In this document: piece after piece, positions 12,085 to 22,339 of the stretch | How positions within the stretch are numbered: the first letter of the stretch is position 1 | Layout: each line of letters starts with the position of its first letter | IMG/VR virus record: IMGVR_UViG_3300028797_000100 | Span: 32,001-96,000 of that record | Length of the DNA: 64,000 nucleotides | DNA from: a virus | Taxonomy: Duplodnaviria > Caudoviricetes | Direction: 5' to 3' (one strand) | Translations under genes and position numbers: made by a program | The notes under the pieces: model-generated | Told to the model about the DNA's origin: nothing | Databases searched by the model: none | Seen by the model: only the letters and a program-made list of their open reading frames with translations

Positions 12085-12384
12085 ATGAAGAAGAAGGGTT
12101 TAACGGTCATCGAGATTATTGTAGCATCTGTCATAGTTATAGTACTGCTATTAATAATCGGCGGTGCTTTACTAAATGAGAAGAACAAGATATCTGAAGG
12201 AACAGTTGTTGAACGTACGTATGTATCAGGATATATGACAGACAATGGATATGTTCATTCAAAGTGTAAACTGACTATCGAAGGTGAAAAGAACGGTAAA
12301 ATAGTTCAGTACACATTTGAGGTTCCTGAGTCTGAGTATGCTCAGTACCAGGTTGGAGATCATTATCCAAAACCGAGGGGGTAA
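12085..12384 (+). CDS. Small membrane protein with a prepilin-type N-terminal motif
   Basis: MKKKG|LTVIEIIVASVIVIVLLLIIGG: basic leader, Gly at -1, Glu at +5, hydrophobic helix. Confidence 0.65.
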   Translation: MKKKGLTVIEIIVASVIVIVLLLIIGGALLNEKNKISEGTVVERTYVSGYMTDNGYVHSKCKLTIEGEKNGKIVQYTFEVPESEYAQYQVGDHYPKPRG

Positions 12385-12390
12385 CAGATT

Positions 12391-12585
12391 ATGACTCATG
12401 AACAAAAAGGGGAAGCAATCTTATTTGGAATATTCATGCTATTCGCATTGTTATTTCTGATATCGATATTCCTCTTTATATCAGATAAAAGGCATAAAGA
12501 AAATTCAGAAAAAAGCTTGGAGTTGATATTCCTTTCAGGAGTGGGACTCCTAGTTATTTTAATAGCCCATTGGTATTGGTCATAA
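12391..12585 (+). CDS. Small two-TM membrane protein
   Basis: 64 aa, two hydrophobic segments, RBS GAGGGGG. Confidence 0.6.
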   Translation: MTHEQKGEAILFGIFMLFALLFLISIFLFISDKRHKENSEKSLELIFLSGVGLLVILIAHWYWS

Positions 12586-12606
12586 TCATTTGCTATATAA
12601 ATAATA

Positions 12607-12647
12607 ATTGGGCCCCATTACGGGGCCCAATAATATTTTTTTTTTTT
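12607..12647. terminator. Terminator between convergent genes
   Basis: ATTGGGCCCC-ATTAC-GGGGCCCAAT followed by a long T run. Confidence 0.8.
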
Positions 12648-15582
12648 ATTCTGTTGCTGCAGTTGGTACATACATAAGTCTCGCGCCGAAGTATTGTGAA
12701 GATGTTGCTGAAGTATTGCCAGCGCCGATATCGAATATACCACAATAGTCACCATCGACCCAGCTACCGCCACTTGGATAAATACGCCATCCACCATCAG
12801 ATGTACCGTAATAGTCACCTATTACTTCTGTTGGATCTTGTGTTGATACTGTCTCGGATGGTAAGAACGTATAGTCATTGTTTGCATCATAACCGAATGC
12901 TGTGATGTAACCAATGACTGATGACATCGTGAAACCTATCTGTGAATATCCTGTAGCAGTATCATCTTCAAATGAGTACGAATCACATATGTATGGAACA
13001 TGTTCATTGATATTAATACCATCGATCCAGTTCCAGATGTTACCCCAGAGATTCTCAATACCTCTCCAGAATACTGGAATTGTCGAGTTTGATTTATTAC
13101 CAGCTGTCGATTTACCGTCGTTAGTAGTTGAATTGGTTGTTTTAATCGAACCAGATACAACACCCCTACCGATCGCAACTTGCGAGTTGAAACCATACTC
13201 AACAGCTATCAACATCTGAATTGCTGATAACTGCTTGAAACCAGCGTTATACCAACCAGTACCTCTGTTAGTTGCCATTATTCTAGCTGTAGCACGAGTG
13301 AGTGAAGATGTCGGTGTATAGCCACCAGCAGATGATAACTTGTAATCAGTCGTGTTGTATGACGTATTATAAGTACCAGAAGAATTCTGACCAACTGCTG
13401 CAAATGAACCATACAGGAAATAGTCTACTTCATTTCCATTTACGTCAATGAACGCGGGATGTACTTTGAAGGTATTATCTACCTTTGTAGCAGCAATTTC
13501 CCATTTAGCTTTGCGGATGTGAACACCATCAAGGGTTATAGGTGTCATCTTATAATAGAACTTAGGTATGTACGACATAACCTGTCCTTTTGTACCGTTG
13601 TTATTGTAACCGCTTTCATCAGCTCTCTTTGTTATTGTACCATCATCATTTACATTGCAACGAATGATGCTATTATAAACAGACAAAGCTTGAGGATTAC
13701 CAACTTGCTCCATGGTATTGTTTGAGAAGTCCATAACAATAGATACTATTATTTGAGTACCAACTGCATATACTTCGTTACCATTTCCAACAGTTATCGG
13801 GTTCTGTCCAGCAACTGCATCGTCGAGTGAAGCATACCATGTATATGTATAAGAACCATTATCGGATGAACTTGGAAGTGTTTCACCATTTACAAATGTT
13901 CCATAAGCATAATATGTATTTATTGTTGGATCTGGATAATAGGACTTAGGTTTCATATAAGCGTCATATGACGCAAATGGAACAAGTATCTGTGTCCATG
14001 ACTGTGTAAATATTGAATTATTATTTCCAAGAGTTGGTGGTATTAATGGTTTGAATCTTATGATGTCTATGAAACCGCAACTACCAGTGGCACCACCAGC
14101 AATTGATGTGACTGTGCTTGGTATAGTCATTACTGCCAATGAAGAACATGTATCACATATATTGGAAGGAATAGTAGTTATTCCTTCAGGCGGTTCGAAA
14201 GTTGCCAACGCTTTGCATCCACTATACATAGATGAACCAAGACTGACAACAGATTCCGGTAGACAAGTTTCAGCCAATGAAATACAGTTAGTGAACGCGT
14301 TGCTACCAAAACTAATATTAGATGGGAACTCTACAGACATCAATGACGAGCATCCATTAAATGCATTATTTCCTACCGATGTAACGGTATTAGGAACATC
14401 AACATCCATAAGATTTACACAATCACTGAACATGCTAGCCTGGATTGCAGTGAGACCTGTCGGTAGTTTAATGCTTCTCAGACTCTTGCATGCGTTGAAA
14501 AATGCTGTACCGCTGAGAGAAGTTATACCAACACCAAGGATGGCTTCTTTCAAACTATCGCAGCTATTGAAAATGCTATTTCCGGTTGTTGTTAATGATC
14601 CAGGAATAACAACAGTTTCCAAAGAATAACAGCTGTCAAATGCATAGCTTCCAAAAGTTGTAATTGAATTTGGAAGACTGACAACTTTGAGATTGTAGTT
14701 TTTACGTATAGAATATGTGCCACACGTCGTACATCCATTAGGTATAATTATTGATGACAAATCGGTTTCTGAAAATGCATAATCGGATATTCCTGTGATT
14801 GCATTATGAAGCGTTATAGTTTTTAATGAATGACACATCAAAAATGAATATGAACCGATCTCTGTGAAGTCGGTTCCAACTTCGACATGTGTAACAGCAT
14901 CACTGTAAACCACGTCAGGAGAACTTCCTGAAGCACTACCGTTTGAGATTATGTTGGATATATATGGCGTTGCACTTTGCAACTTCACAGTTCCAGATGT
15001 AACTTTAACTGAAATTACATATTTACCAGGTGCTGAAAAGAAATGTCTTTCACCAACATAAGCAGCTGCACTAGTGTTAGATAACTCCGAATGTGCGGAA
15101 CCATCACCCCAGTCAACATCAACTGTTGAGTTCTTATAAAGATACAACTTCAATGTTGGGTTGAGTCTACCTTCTTTGAGAGTAATGTAGAAACGGGTTC
15201 TTCCATCATCAGTAGCATACATCTGACCGATGTCAAGTCTACCATTGTTAGCAACGAATGTTTTGGCATCCGAAAGACTCCAGTTCCAACCCTGTGATGT
15301 TAAACCGGTATGAGTTGGATTAGCTGGTAATGATTCGAGAGCAGCAAACTCCTGTGTTGTGTATGATGTAATCAGAGTTCCATCATAATCATAGAATCTT
15401 ACAGGTTTTACATCTCCTGGATCTGGTATACTATTAATTCCACCAGGAAAATCCATCAAACCTGGATTGTTAGGGAGTGTGCCGCCTTTACCAGCTATAG
15501 CTGTAGCAATACTATCTACCGCGAGGGCAATATCTGCAGCATTGTCTTGTAATGTTTGTAAATTTGTAGGCAAATCAGCCAT
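12646..15582 (-). CDS. BspA-type LRR virion protein with a C-terminal C-type-lectin/Mtd-like domain
   Basis: 978 aa. VDWGDGS (PKD-like), many LRR_5 units (IPxxxTxIGxxAFxxCxSL), C-terminal WRGIENLWGNIWNWIDG...GGSW...FGARL. Confidence 0.8.
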   Translation of the reverse strand: MADLPTNLQTLQDNAADIALAVDSIATAIAGKGGTLPNNPGLMDFPGGINSIPDPGDVKPVRFYDYDGTLITSYTTQEFAALESLPANPTHTGLTSQGWNWSLSDAKTFVANNGRLDIGQMYATDDGRTRFYITLKEGRLNPTLKLYLYKNSTVDVDWGDGSAHSELSNTSAAAYVGERHFFSAPGKYVISVKVTSGTVKLQSATPYISNIISNGSASGSSPDVVYSDAVTHVEVGTDFTEIGSYSFLMCHSLKTITLHNAITGISDYAFSETDLSSIIIPNGCTTCGTYSIRKNYNLKVVSLPNSITTFGSYAFDSCYSLETVVIPGSLTTTGNSIFNSCDSLKEAILGVGITSLSGTAFFNACKSLRSIKLPTGLTAIQASMFSDCVNLMDVDVPNTVTSVGNNAFNGCSSLMSVEFPSNISFGSNAFTNCISLAETCLPESVVSLGSSMYSGCKALATFEPPEGITTIPSNICDTCSSLAVMTIPSTVTSIAGGATGSCGFIDIIRFKPLIPPTLGNNNSIFTQSWTQILVPFASYDAYMKPKSYYPDPTINTYYAYGTFVNGETLPSSSDNGSYTYTWYASLDDAVAGQNPITVGNGNEVYAVGTQIIVSIVMDFSNNTMEQVGNPQALSVYNSIIRCNVNDDGTITKRADESGYNNNGTKGQVMSYIPKFYYKMTPITLDGVHIRKAKWEIAATKVDNTFKVHPAFIDVNGNEVDYFLYGSFAAVGQNSSGTYNTSYNTTDYKLSSAGGYTPTSSLTRATARIMATNRGTGWYNAGFKQLSAIQMLIAVEYGFNSQVAIGRGVVSGSIKTTNSTTNDGKSTAGNKSNSTIPVFWRGIENLWGNIWNWIDGININEHVPYICDSYSFEDDTATGYSQIGFTMSSVIGYITAFGYDANNDYTFLPSETVSTQDPTEVIGDYYGTSDGGWRIYPSGGSWVDGDYCGIFDIGAGNTSATSSQYFGARLMYVPTAATE

Positions 15583-15597
15583 TTAAGTCACCTCCTA

Positions 15598-18576
15598 TTA
15601 CACACGTTCAACAACATGAGCATATACTTCTTTGCCGTTACCTTCCGTAATTGGGTTGGATTGTGCAATTAAATCATTTATAGAAGCATACCATGTAAGA
15701 TCGTAAGTCTTCTCTCCAGACACCACGTTTGGTAACTCTCTACCAGATGCATACGTATAAAACATATCATATTCGTATGTCGCCGGAGATGGGTAATTCG
15801 ATGCTGAAGTATATGTATCATAACAATCCTGTTGTACAAGTATCCTACAATCAGTTTCAAGAGAAGCAAATGTATTTGAATTTGACAACGTTGGGGGATT
15901 GTTTCTTTCAAACTTGATATATGATAATCCCGAACAACCTGAGAACGCTTCGGTTCCAATATCAGTTATGTCTCCGGGAATTACAATATATCCCAATGAT
16001 GCACATGACTTGAAAGCTTTCTGAGGAATAGATGTCATACTTGAAGGTATTGTGAATGTTTGTAATGCTGAACAGTTTTCAAATGTGGAAGCCCCCATAG
16101 TAGTAAATGTATTTGGGAATGAAATTGTATTAAGAGCTTGGCAATATGAGAAAGCGTTTGATCCGGTCGATGTTAATGTTGAAGGAACCGTTACATGCAT
16201 AATGCCATAACAATATGTGAATGCATCCTGACCGATAGAGGTTACTCCTTCCGGAATAACGAAGTCCATCATTGTACGGTTTCTTGCACAGAACTCCAAA
16301 GGAATTGAACCAGATATACCAGGAGCCTGGAGAACATCACACGAAGGACAATCAACAAAACACTTTTGATCAACTGAAGTCATTCGATCAGAGAATGTCA
16401 TCGCTATTATAGAAAAACATTGTGAGAAACATTTCTGACCAATAGATGTCAATGATTTAGGAGTTGAAACAAATCGCAAACCATAGCAACCTTCAAATGT
16501 GCTTGTACCAAGTGCTGTTACTCCTTCGGGAATAACGACGGCTTGTAATGACGAATTCCACTGGAATGTTGAATTACCAATTGACCGAACTGTTGATGGA
16601 ATGGATACATGAGTCATTGAATAACATCTGTAGAAAGCATATGTGCCAATGTCCATATTTGACCCAATATGAATATCCTGAATACAGTTTGTGTATTTCT
16701 TTGATTCATTACCAGGTGTCGTATTACCAAGACCACCCTTACAGAATAGCTTATTCGCACTGTTACCACCCTTAATAATTGCAGTACCAGATGTTACTGT
16801 TATGAGAATATAATAACGACCTGGTTCAGCATATGTGTGAGTAGTATACTTATAAGACGAATTTGTACCTGTTAACGTTTCATGTGCACTTTCGTCACCC
16901 CAATCAATGTCTACAGTACCACTGAGATACAGACCAAGCTGAGGATTTAGACAACCTTCTGGAAGTAAAACATGTATCGCAGTTTTACCATCGATTGTTA
17001 TATAATGCTGACCAATGTTAAGAGCACCATATGCGGTTACATAAGTCTTAGCATCAGCTAACGTCCAGTTCCAACCCTGAGCTGTCAACCAATCGTATGT
17101 ACGATCTGGATTGGGTGGCATTTCTGTAAGTGCAAGGAATTCTTCCGGAGTGTATGAATAAAGAATCGCACCATCAACATCAAAGAAGTTGACGCCACCA
17201 TGATTGTATCCGCGTGCCGGAACATTGACTGTGATACTGTTGTAATTGGTCGTATCATATGTGTCATTTTCTTTGAGCTCTGTTGGGTAAGCTGTCTGAG
17301 CTACAAGAGCTCCATTATATACCACCTTACCCTCATCGCCTGCAACGTATGTATTGGCCACATTTACATTGAGAGAATTGATAAGTGTCGTATCAACTGT
17401 TCCATTTGTTGTGGTAGAAGATGAACTTTGTGAAACAAGTGCTCCACTGGAAACAACTTTGCCTTCATCTTCTGCATCGTAAGAGTTCTCCACTTCAACG
17501 GTTACTGATGAATATCCTAAAGCATTATCATCCGTTGCAGTGTAGGTTCCATTGATAGTAATATTTTTAGTAGTAAACTTACTAACGGTTTCACTACCAT
17601 TCAATGAATCATCCAGCGATCCATTAACAGCTTCAACAATTGCATTGATAGGTGCTGGATCAACACCGGGTGTGATAGATGATATACCACCCTTGATCTT
17701 CATATCAAATCCACCAACGATTGGTGTTGATATAGTATTTACACCATTAACAGTTGATATACTAACACCAGTATCAGCCATGGTCAATGTATCATCAGGA
17801 CCGAGAGGTTCATCCAAAGGGAAGAATATGTTAGAACCATTAACATTGATAGTGATACCCGTTGTATTATATGCAACATATGTCGATGCAACAGATCCTT
17901 GTTCGAGTTGCCAACAAGTTACATAGATATTATTACCATCATCTTGTGTCTTCTGTATTCTTGGAGATACATATCCTGCGGTAGTAACATCAAATGTGAC
18001 GGTGTATCTTTGCCAACTTGTTGAAATTGTACATGAAGTAGATCCTACAGATACTACAGCTTTATTTGCATACTGAGGAAAAGATGAATCTTCTGCTATG
18101 AGAATCTCACAAGCGATTGAAGATACTTCACCTTTAACATATACAGAAAATGTATATGTTCCTACAGGAAGATTTATTTCATTACACAGACCTTTGCCAG
18201 AGTTCCAGTAATTGTAACCTGGCTCATCCGGTAAATAACGATCCCATGTTGCTATTTCACCCCAATTACCTCTATTAATAGAATCACTATTTATAGGAGG
18301 ATAGATGTTTGGGCAAACACCACTCAATCCACCCTGTTTACCGTAGATGATATAATCATCGAGATTGTTACCATCGCCATTAAATGTGATTGGTAATGTT
18401 TCCTTTATGAAATGACCACTGTCGTCACCACCGGCTGGAATCGTAGCTATTGCAGCAGCAAAGTCTTCAAGACCGTCTCCTACAGAAACGGTACCACCTT
18501 TAGCAGTAATAGCATTACCGATAGCAGTCTTAGCCGCTTTAACACGGTCGACATTTTGTTTTAATGTATTAGGCAT
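15598..18576 (-). CDS. BspA-type LRR virion protein with an N-terminal CBM-like domain
   Basis: 992 aa. YTFSVYVKG...WQRYTVTF...WQLEQGSVASTY (CBM-like), QGWNW module shared with the neighbour, LRR_5 repeats (VIPEGVTSIGQDAFTYC). Confidence 0.8.
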   Translation of the reverse strand: MPNTLKQNVDRVKAAKTAIGNAITAKGGTVSVGDGLEDFAAAIATIPAGGDDSGHFIKETLPITFNGDGNNLDDYIIYGKQGGLSGVCPNIYPPINSDSINRGNWGEIATWDRYLPDEPGYNYWNSGKGLCNEINLPVGTYTFSVYVKGEVSSIACEILIAEDSSFPQYANKAVVSVGSTSCTISTSWQRYTVTFDVTTAGYVSPRIQKTQDDGNNIYVTCWQLEQGSVASTYVAYNTTGITINVNGSNIFFPLDEPLGPDDTLTMADTGVSISTVNGVNTISTPIVGGFDMKIKGGISSITPGVDPAPINAIVEAVNGSLDDSLNGSETVSKFTTKNITINGTYTATDDNALGYSSVTVEVENSYDAEDEGKVVSSGALVSQSSSSTTTNGTVDTTLINSLNVNVANTYVAGDEGKVVYNGALVAQTAYPTELKENDTYDTTNYNSITVNVPARGYNHGGVNFFDVDGAILYSYTPEEFLALTEMPPNPDRTYDWLTAQGWNWTLADAKTYVTAYGALNIGQHYITIDGKTAIHVLLPEGCLNPQLGLYLSGTVDIDWGDESAHETLTGTNSSYKYTTHTYAEPGRYYILITVTSGTAIIKGGNSANKLFCKGGLGNTTPGNESKKYTNCIQDIHIGSNMDIGTYAFYRCYSMTHVSIPSTVRSIGNSTFQWNSSLQAVVIPEGVTALGTSTFEGCYGLRFVSTPKSLTSIGQKCFSQCFSIIAMTFSDRMTSVDQKCFVDCPSCDVLQAPGISGSIPLEFCARNRTMMDFVIPEGVTSIGQDAFTYCYGIMHVTVPSTLTSTGSNAFSYCQALNTISFPNTFTTMGASTFENCSALQTFTIPSSMTSIPQKAFKSCASLGYIVIPGDITDIGTEAFSGCSGLSYIKFERNNPPTLSNSNTFASLETDCRILVQQDCYDTYTSASNYPSPATYEYDMFYTYASGRELPNVVSGEKTYDLTWYASINDLIAQSNPITEGNGKEVYAHVVERV

Positions 18577-18577
18577 T

Positions 18578-19456
18578 TTACAATACCCCCTCTAACTCCG
18601 TATTAGCATATCCAAGAGTACTGAAGGATTCATCAAGTGCATCTTGTACATTTGTCGCAGTTGCTCCAGATGTAGAGTTATCATATACTATACCAACCGC
18701 ATCTTTGTTATACGTAGGAGTCCAATCCATCTTAACACCACTCCATGAACCACCACCAGCAATTGCATTCCATGAATATGGAGCAGTTGTCAATGATTTG
18801 CATGTCCACCAGAATGCGGGACCATTAACCATTACTTCTGCTTCAGCATTACCTGAGAATGGTAATGCTGGTGAATACAGTTGACCAGTAACGATTGTAT
18901 TCGTTGGAAGGTTCTTCGCATACAGTTCATCAGTAATCTGCTTCAGAGTCTTTCCCGAGGTTGTTATATTCAACTCAGTGAATGTAGTGAAGTTATACTG
19001 AGCATCTATCTTCTCTTTGATAGTAGCCATAGCGGTATCAAGAATAGTTAAACTGTTACCGTAGTTTACTAACATCTGTGAACCACGAATACCGATAATG
19101 TCACCAACCTTTGTTGCAGAACCACCATTGATAGACTGCATAAGTTTATATGTAACTTCACCGGTATTGTTATCAGTTACTTTGGTTACGGTGTAACGGC
19201 TTTTATCACCTTCACCACCGCCTCCTCCGCCACCGCCCTCATCAGGGAAGTAGTCATAGAAGTTTGTACCATCAATAACTTTTCTGGTACCAGCTTCAAA
19301 GATATAATAGTTTGACAGCTGTATCATGTGTTTAAGCTGTTCCGCATCTATGTCATATCCATAACATGGATTAGGTTGATTGATTATAGGAATATTCCTT
19401 GGGTTTTTTGTAGGAATAGTCATATCAATTATATCAACACTAACTGTATCAGCCAT
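18578..19456 (-). CDS. Putative virion/tail protein
   Basis: Likely start ATG 19456 (MADTVSVD) after RBS GAAAGGAA; poly-Gly linker; C-terminal YDNSTSGATATNVQDALDE motif typical of phage fibre proteins. Confidence 0.6.
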   Translation of the reverse strand: MADTVSVDIIDMTIPTKNPRNIPIINQPNPCYGYDIDAEQLKHMIQLSNYYIFEAGTRKVIDGTNFYDYFPDEGGGGGGGGEGDKSRYTVTKVTDNNTGEVTYKLMQSINGGSATKVGDIIGIRGSQMLVNYGNSLTILDTAMATIKEKIDAQYNFTTFTELNITTSGKTLKQITDELYAKNLPTNTIVTGQLYSPALPFSGNAEAEVMVNGPAFWWTCKSLTTAPYSWNAIAGGGSWSGVKMDWTPTYNKDAVGIVYDNSTSGATATNVQDALDESFSTLGYANTELEGVL

Positions 19457-19483
19457 ATTATCATTCCTTTCTAAAATAAAATA

Positions 19484-19510
19484 ATGAGGTGGGGGATTAC
19501 CCCACCTCAT
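19484..19510. terminator. Hairpin terminator
   Basis: ATGAGGTGGGG-GATTA-CCCCACCTCAT. Confidence 0.7.
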
Positions 19511-19519
19511 CTTGTAGGA

Positions 19520-19906
19520 TTATTCTTCTTCGTTATCGATCCATGAATCGAGAGCATCATAGACATCGTCAATGAAGTCGTTGATCTTTCTGCGAATTGT
19601 ACGAGGTATATTGTGTAATGATTCATCCATATCACCGTTGATGTTTATTGTAAGAACACCTACCTGAGGATTTTCCTGGCTAGCAGGGTTGTTGATATAC
19701 ACTGTAACCGTGTTGTACTGTGTATCATTACAAACAATGCTTATCACAAGATCTGTATCCTCTACGTTGTACTGGTTATCAGCGGGGTTAGTTGCTGTTA
19801 TACCGAAAGATGTTTCTGTTGTAGTTACGACAAGATCGAACAGCTGATTGTACTTTGTAGTCAATGCTATCTGCCTCTCCATTCTTTCCTGTATTGATTG
19901 TTTCAT
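19520..19906 (-). CDS. Hypothetical protein
   Basis: ATG 19906 after RBS AAGGAG; acidic, 128 aa. Confidence 0.7.
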   Translation of the reverse strand: MKQSIQERMERQIALTTKYNQLFDLVVTTTETSFGITATNPADNQYNVEDTDLVISIVCNDTQYNTVTVYINNPASQENPQVGVLTININGDMDESLHNIPRTIRRKINDFIDDVYDALDSWIDNEEE

Positions 19907-19929
19907 AATCAATTCTCCTTTTTATTAAA

Positions 19930-22323
19930 TTATTCAAATGAATGCCAATTAAGAGTTGCATTTGTACAACCCCAAGGTGAATTTGAAATACCACCCTCAT
20001 TTGCATGTATGTTAAATGTGATTCCGTCACATCCAGCAAATGCTGAACTATGCACTGTTGATACATGGTAATCCATGTTGACTGTTTGAACAGCAGAACC
20101 CTGGAATGCACCCTGTTGTACATCAGCACATCTGAGTGTAACTGTAGAAAGTGATGCTGTATTAGAGAATGCACCAGGACCAATGAGTTCACATGTAGAT
20201 GGAACTTCAACTTCTACAACACCGGCACGCATGAAGCATGCAGCCTTGATCTGCTTAACAGCAGTAAGAGCAGGATGTGTGAGTTTTGTACAACCACTGA
20301 ATGACTGTTCGCCGATTGGGAAGTTCGGTGCATCAATGTTAAGAGTTTCAAGATCTGCACAGTTCTCACATATCTGTGTACCACATGTTGTGAAATGATC
20401 AGATATAGTGAGAGTTGTAAGACCACTTCCACGGAGTGCATAGTTTCCGAATGTAGTCATTGTTGTCGGGAATTCGATTTCCTTAAGCGATGTTACATTT
20501 TCGAATGTATTTGCACTGAGAGTTACCTGTTCATATCCCTCACCAGGATATACCTTATAAGCTCCCTCGAGATCTTCCTTAAGAATTGTAGCTGCAGCAC
20601 CGTAAGAATTTACATACTGTTTAGCACCAGTTGCAAGATTCTTTATAACAACCTTATTCTTCTCAAGCTCTTTGTCCTTGAGTTCCTGAACATCATCTTG
20701 AAGTGTATCAACATCACTACTGAGTGATGTAACAGTTCCATCAAGAGTTGTTACTGTTTCACTGAGAGCACCAACTGTTTCGTTTATAGTACCAACATCA
20801 GTGCTAAGAGATCCAACAGTTTCACCCATTGTTGTTACTTCACTTGAAATGGTTTCTACGCTTGTAGAGAGACTTGATACAGTTGTAGCCATTGCATCAA
20901 CAGCTGTAGCAGCTGCAGTTGCAGTAGAATCTGCATCATTAGCTGTCTGTTCAACGTCGTCGATTCTAGCAACGATATCAGACAGATCAATCTCACCAGC
21001 CTGAACAGGTGTTAGATTTCCATTTGCAAGATCGGTATCGAATGAACCACATGCAATGAAGTCCTTGGTTGCCTGGAAGAGCTCGCCATGGCGTCTCCAT
21101 GTAAGCTGAGCCATGTAGAACTGCTTTCCGGATTCATAACGTACGAGAGCATGATGGATTGCTTCAAGAGCATCCAGACGAGCAAGAATACTATTGATGA
21201 TAGCATCCTTACTTGAAACAGCAGACTCAAGTGTGGTTACACGAGCTGTCAATGCAGAGATGTTATTCTTATTGAGTTCTACCTGACCCTCAAGAGCAGC
21301 TATACGAGCATCCTGTTCTTCATCCTTAAGATGCAACAGACGAATCTCTTCTTCCATAGCAGTAACTTCATTTCTGAGTTGAGTGATAACAGCATCTGTT
21401 GGCTCATTAAGAGCATTCCAAACACCCATTGTATCACCACAAGCTATAGGAAGTGAAGTAAATGCAGTGAATGTAAGTCTGAGTCTATTGGTTACATTTG
21501 CCTGGTAATCAAATGACTTGTTTACTTCACACTCAGCAACAACGATCTCGGAATCCTGAGGAGTGTTCTTAATAGTATCACTCTGGAGTCTTATGTGCTG
21601 ATTGTTATCGACGAACTGATAGAAAGGATTCATTGCATCTACAAGATGCTCCTTGGTATCGATAACACCAACCCTGAGTTCGATTCTATCGATTGTAATG
21701 TTATAGAGACCCTGGTATGTTATTGCGGGAATATTGTCTATAACAAGACCCTTAGCAGATTGAACATATCTGTCACGGATATCGGTGAAATGGAACTTAG
21801 AATCAGTTACGTTTGTATCGCAATGATTCTGCTGGATTGTACCACCATAGAGATCTCTGATGGTATAGTAAATACGGAACTTCAAAGTTGTCTTAACAAT
21901 AGGAAGTACTCCTGAGAGTTCCATATACTTTCTTGATATGTACTGCTTAAGGAAATCATTTCTAACAGTGTTAGTCAATGATGTATCAGTCATATCAAAT
22001 ACAGCAGAGAGATTTATACAAGACAAATCATCACGCTTTGAGATATGTGTATAAACACTTTCTGAATATGTAAGTACAGCACCATATGTCATCTGAGTAG
22101 AATCCATCAGATATGGATTACCATCATTCATCATGAATGCGGAACCAACAAATGGACCTGCAGATGGATACTGGTTTATCGGAGGTGCTGTTCCCCCACA
22201 ACAACAGAATGTGTATGAGTCACGTGCAGGTCTGTTGTATGGATACTCTGGTGGTATCACATTGCACTGACACGGATCAGTGTTGACAACAAATCCACAA
22301 CCATTACACTTAGTAGTGTTCAT
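19930..22323 (-). CDS. Virion protein with coiled-coil stalk and C-terminal BspA-type LRRs
   Basis: 797 aa. Cys-rich N-terminus, heptad repeats (ISALTARVTTLESAV; VSSLSTSVETISSEV), LRR units (EVPSTCELIGPGAFSN), ends PWGCTNATLNW. Confidence 0.75.
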   Translation of the reverse strand: MNTTKCNGCGFVVNTDPCQCNVIPPEYPYNRPARDSYTFCCCGGTAPPINQYPSAGPFVGSAFMMNDGNPYLMDSTQMTYGAVLTYSESVYTHISKRDDLSCINLSAVFDMTDTSLTNTVRNDFLKQYISRKYMELSGVLPIVKTTLKFRIYYTIRDLYGGTIQQNHCDTNVTDSKFHFTDIRDRYVQSAKGLVIDNIPAITYQGLYNITIDRIELRVGVIDTKEHLVDAMNPFYQFVDNNQHIRLQSDTIKNTPQDSEIVVAECEVNKSFDYQANVTNRLRLTFTAFTSLPIACGDTMGVWNALNEPTDAVITQLRNEVTAMEEEIRLLHLKDEEQDARIAALEGQVELNKNNISALTARVTTLESAVSSKDAIINSILARLDALEAIHHALVRYESGKQFYMAQLTWRRHGELFQATKDFIACGSFDTDLANGNLTPVQAGEIDLSDIVARIDDVEQTANDADSTATAAATAVDAMATTVSSLSTSVETISSEVTTMGETVGSLSTDVGTINETVGALSETVTTLDGTVTSLSSDVDTLQDDVQELKDKELEKNKVVIKNLATGAKQYVNSYGAAATILKEDLEGAYKVYPGEGYEQVTLSANTFENVTSLKEIEFPTTMTTFGNYALRGSGLTTLTISDHFTTCGTQICENCADLETLNIDAPNFPIGEQSFSGCTKLTHPALTAVKQIKAACFMRAGVVEVEVPSTCELIGPGAFSNTASLSTVTLRCADVQQGAFQGSAVQTVNMDYHVSTVHSSAFAGCDGITFNIHANEGGISNSPWGCTNATLNWHSFE

Positions 22324-22339
22324 TAATCAATCACTCCTT

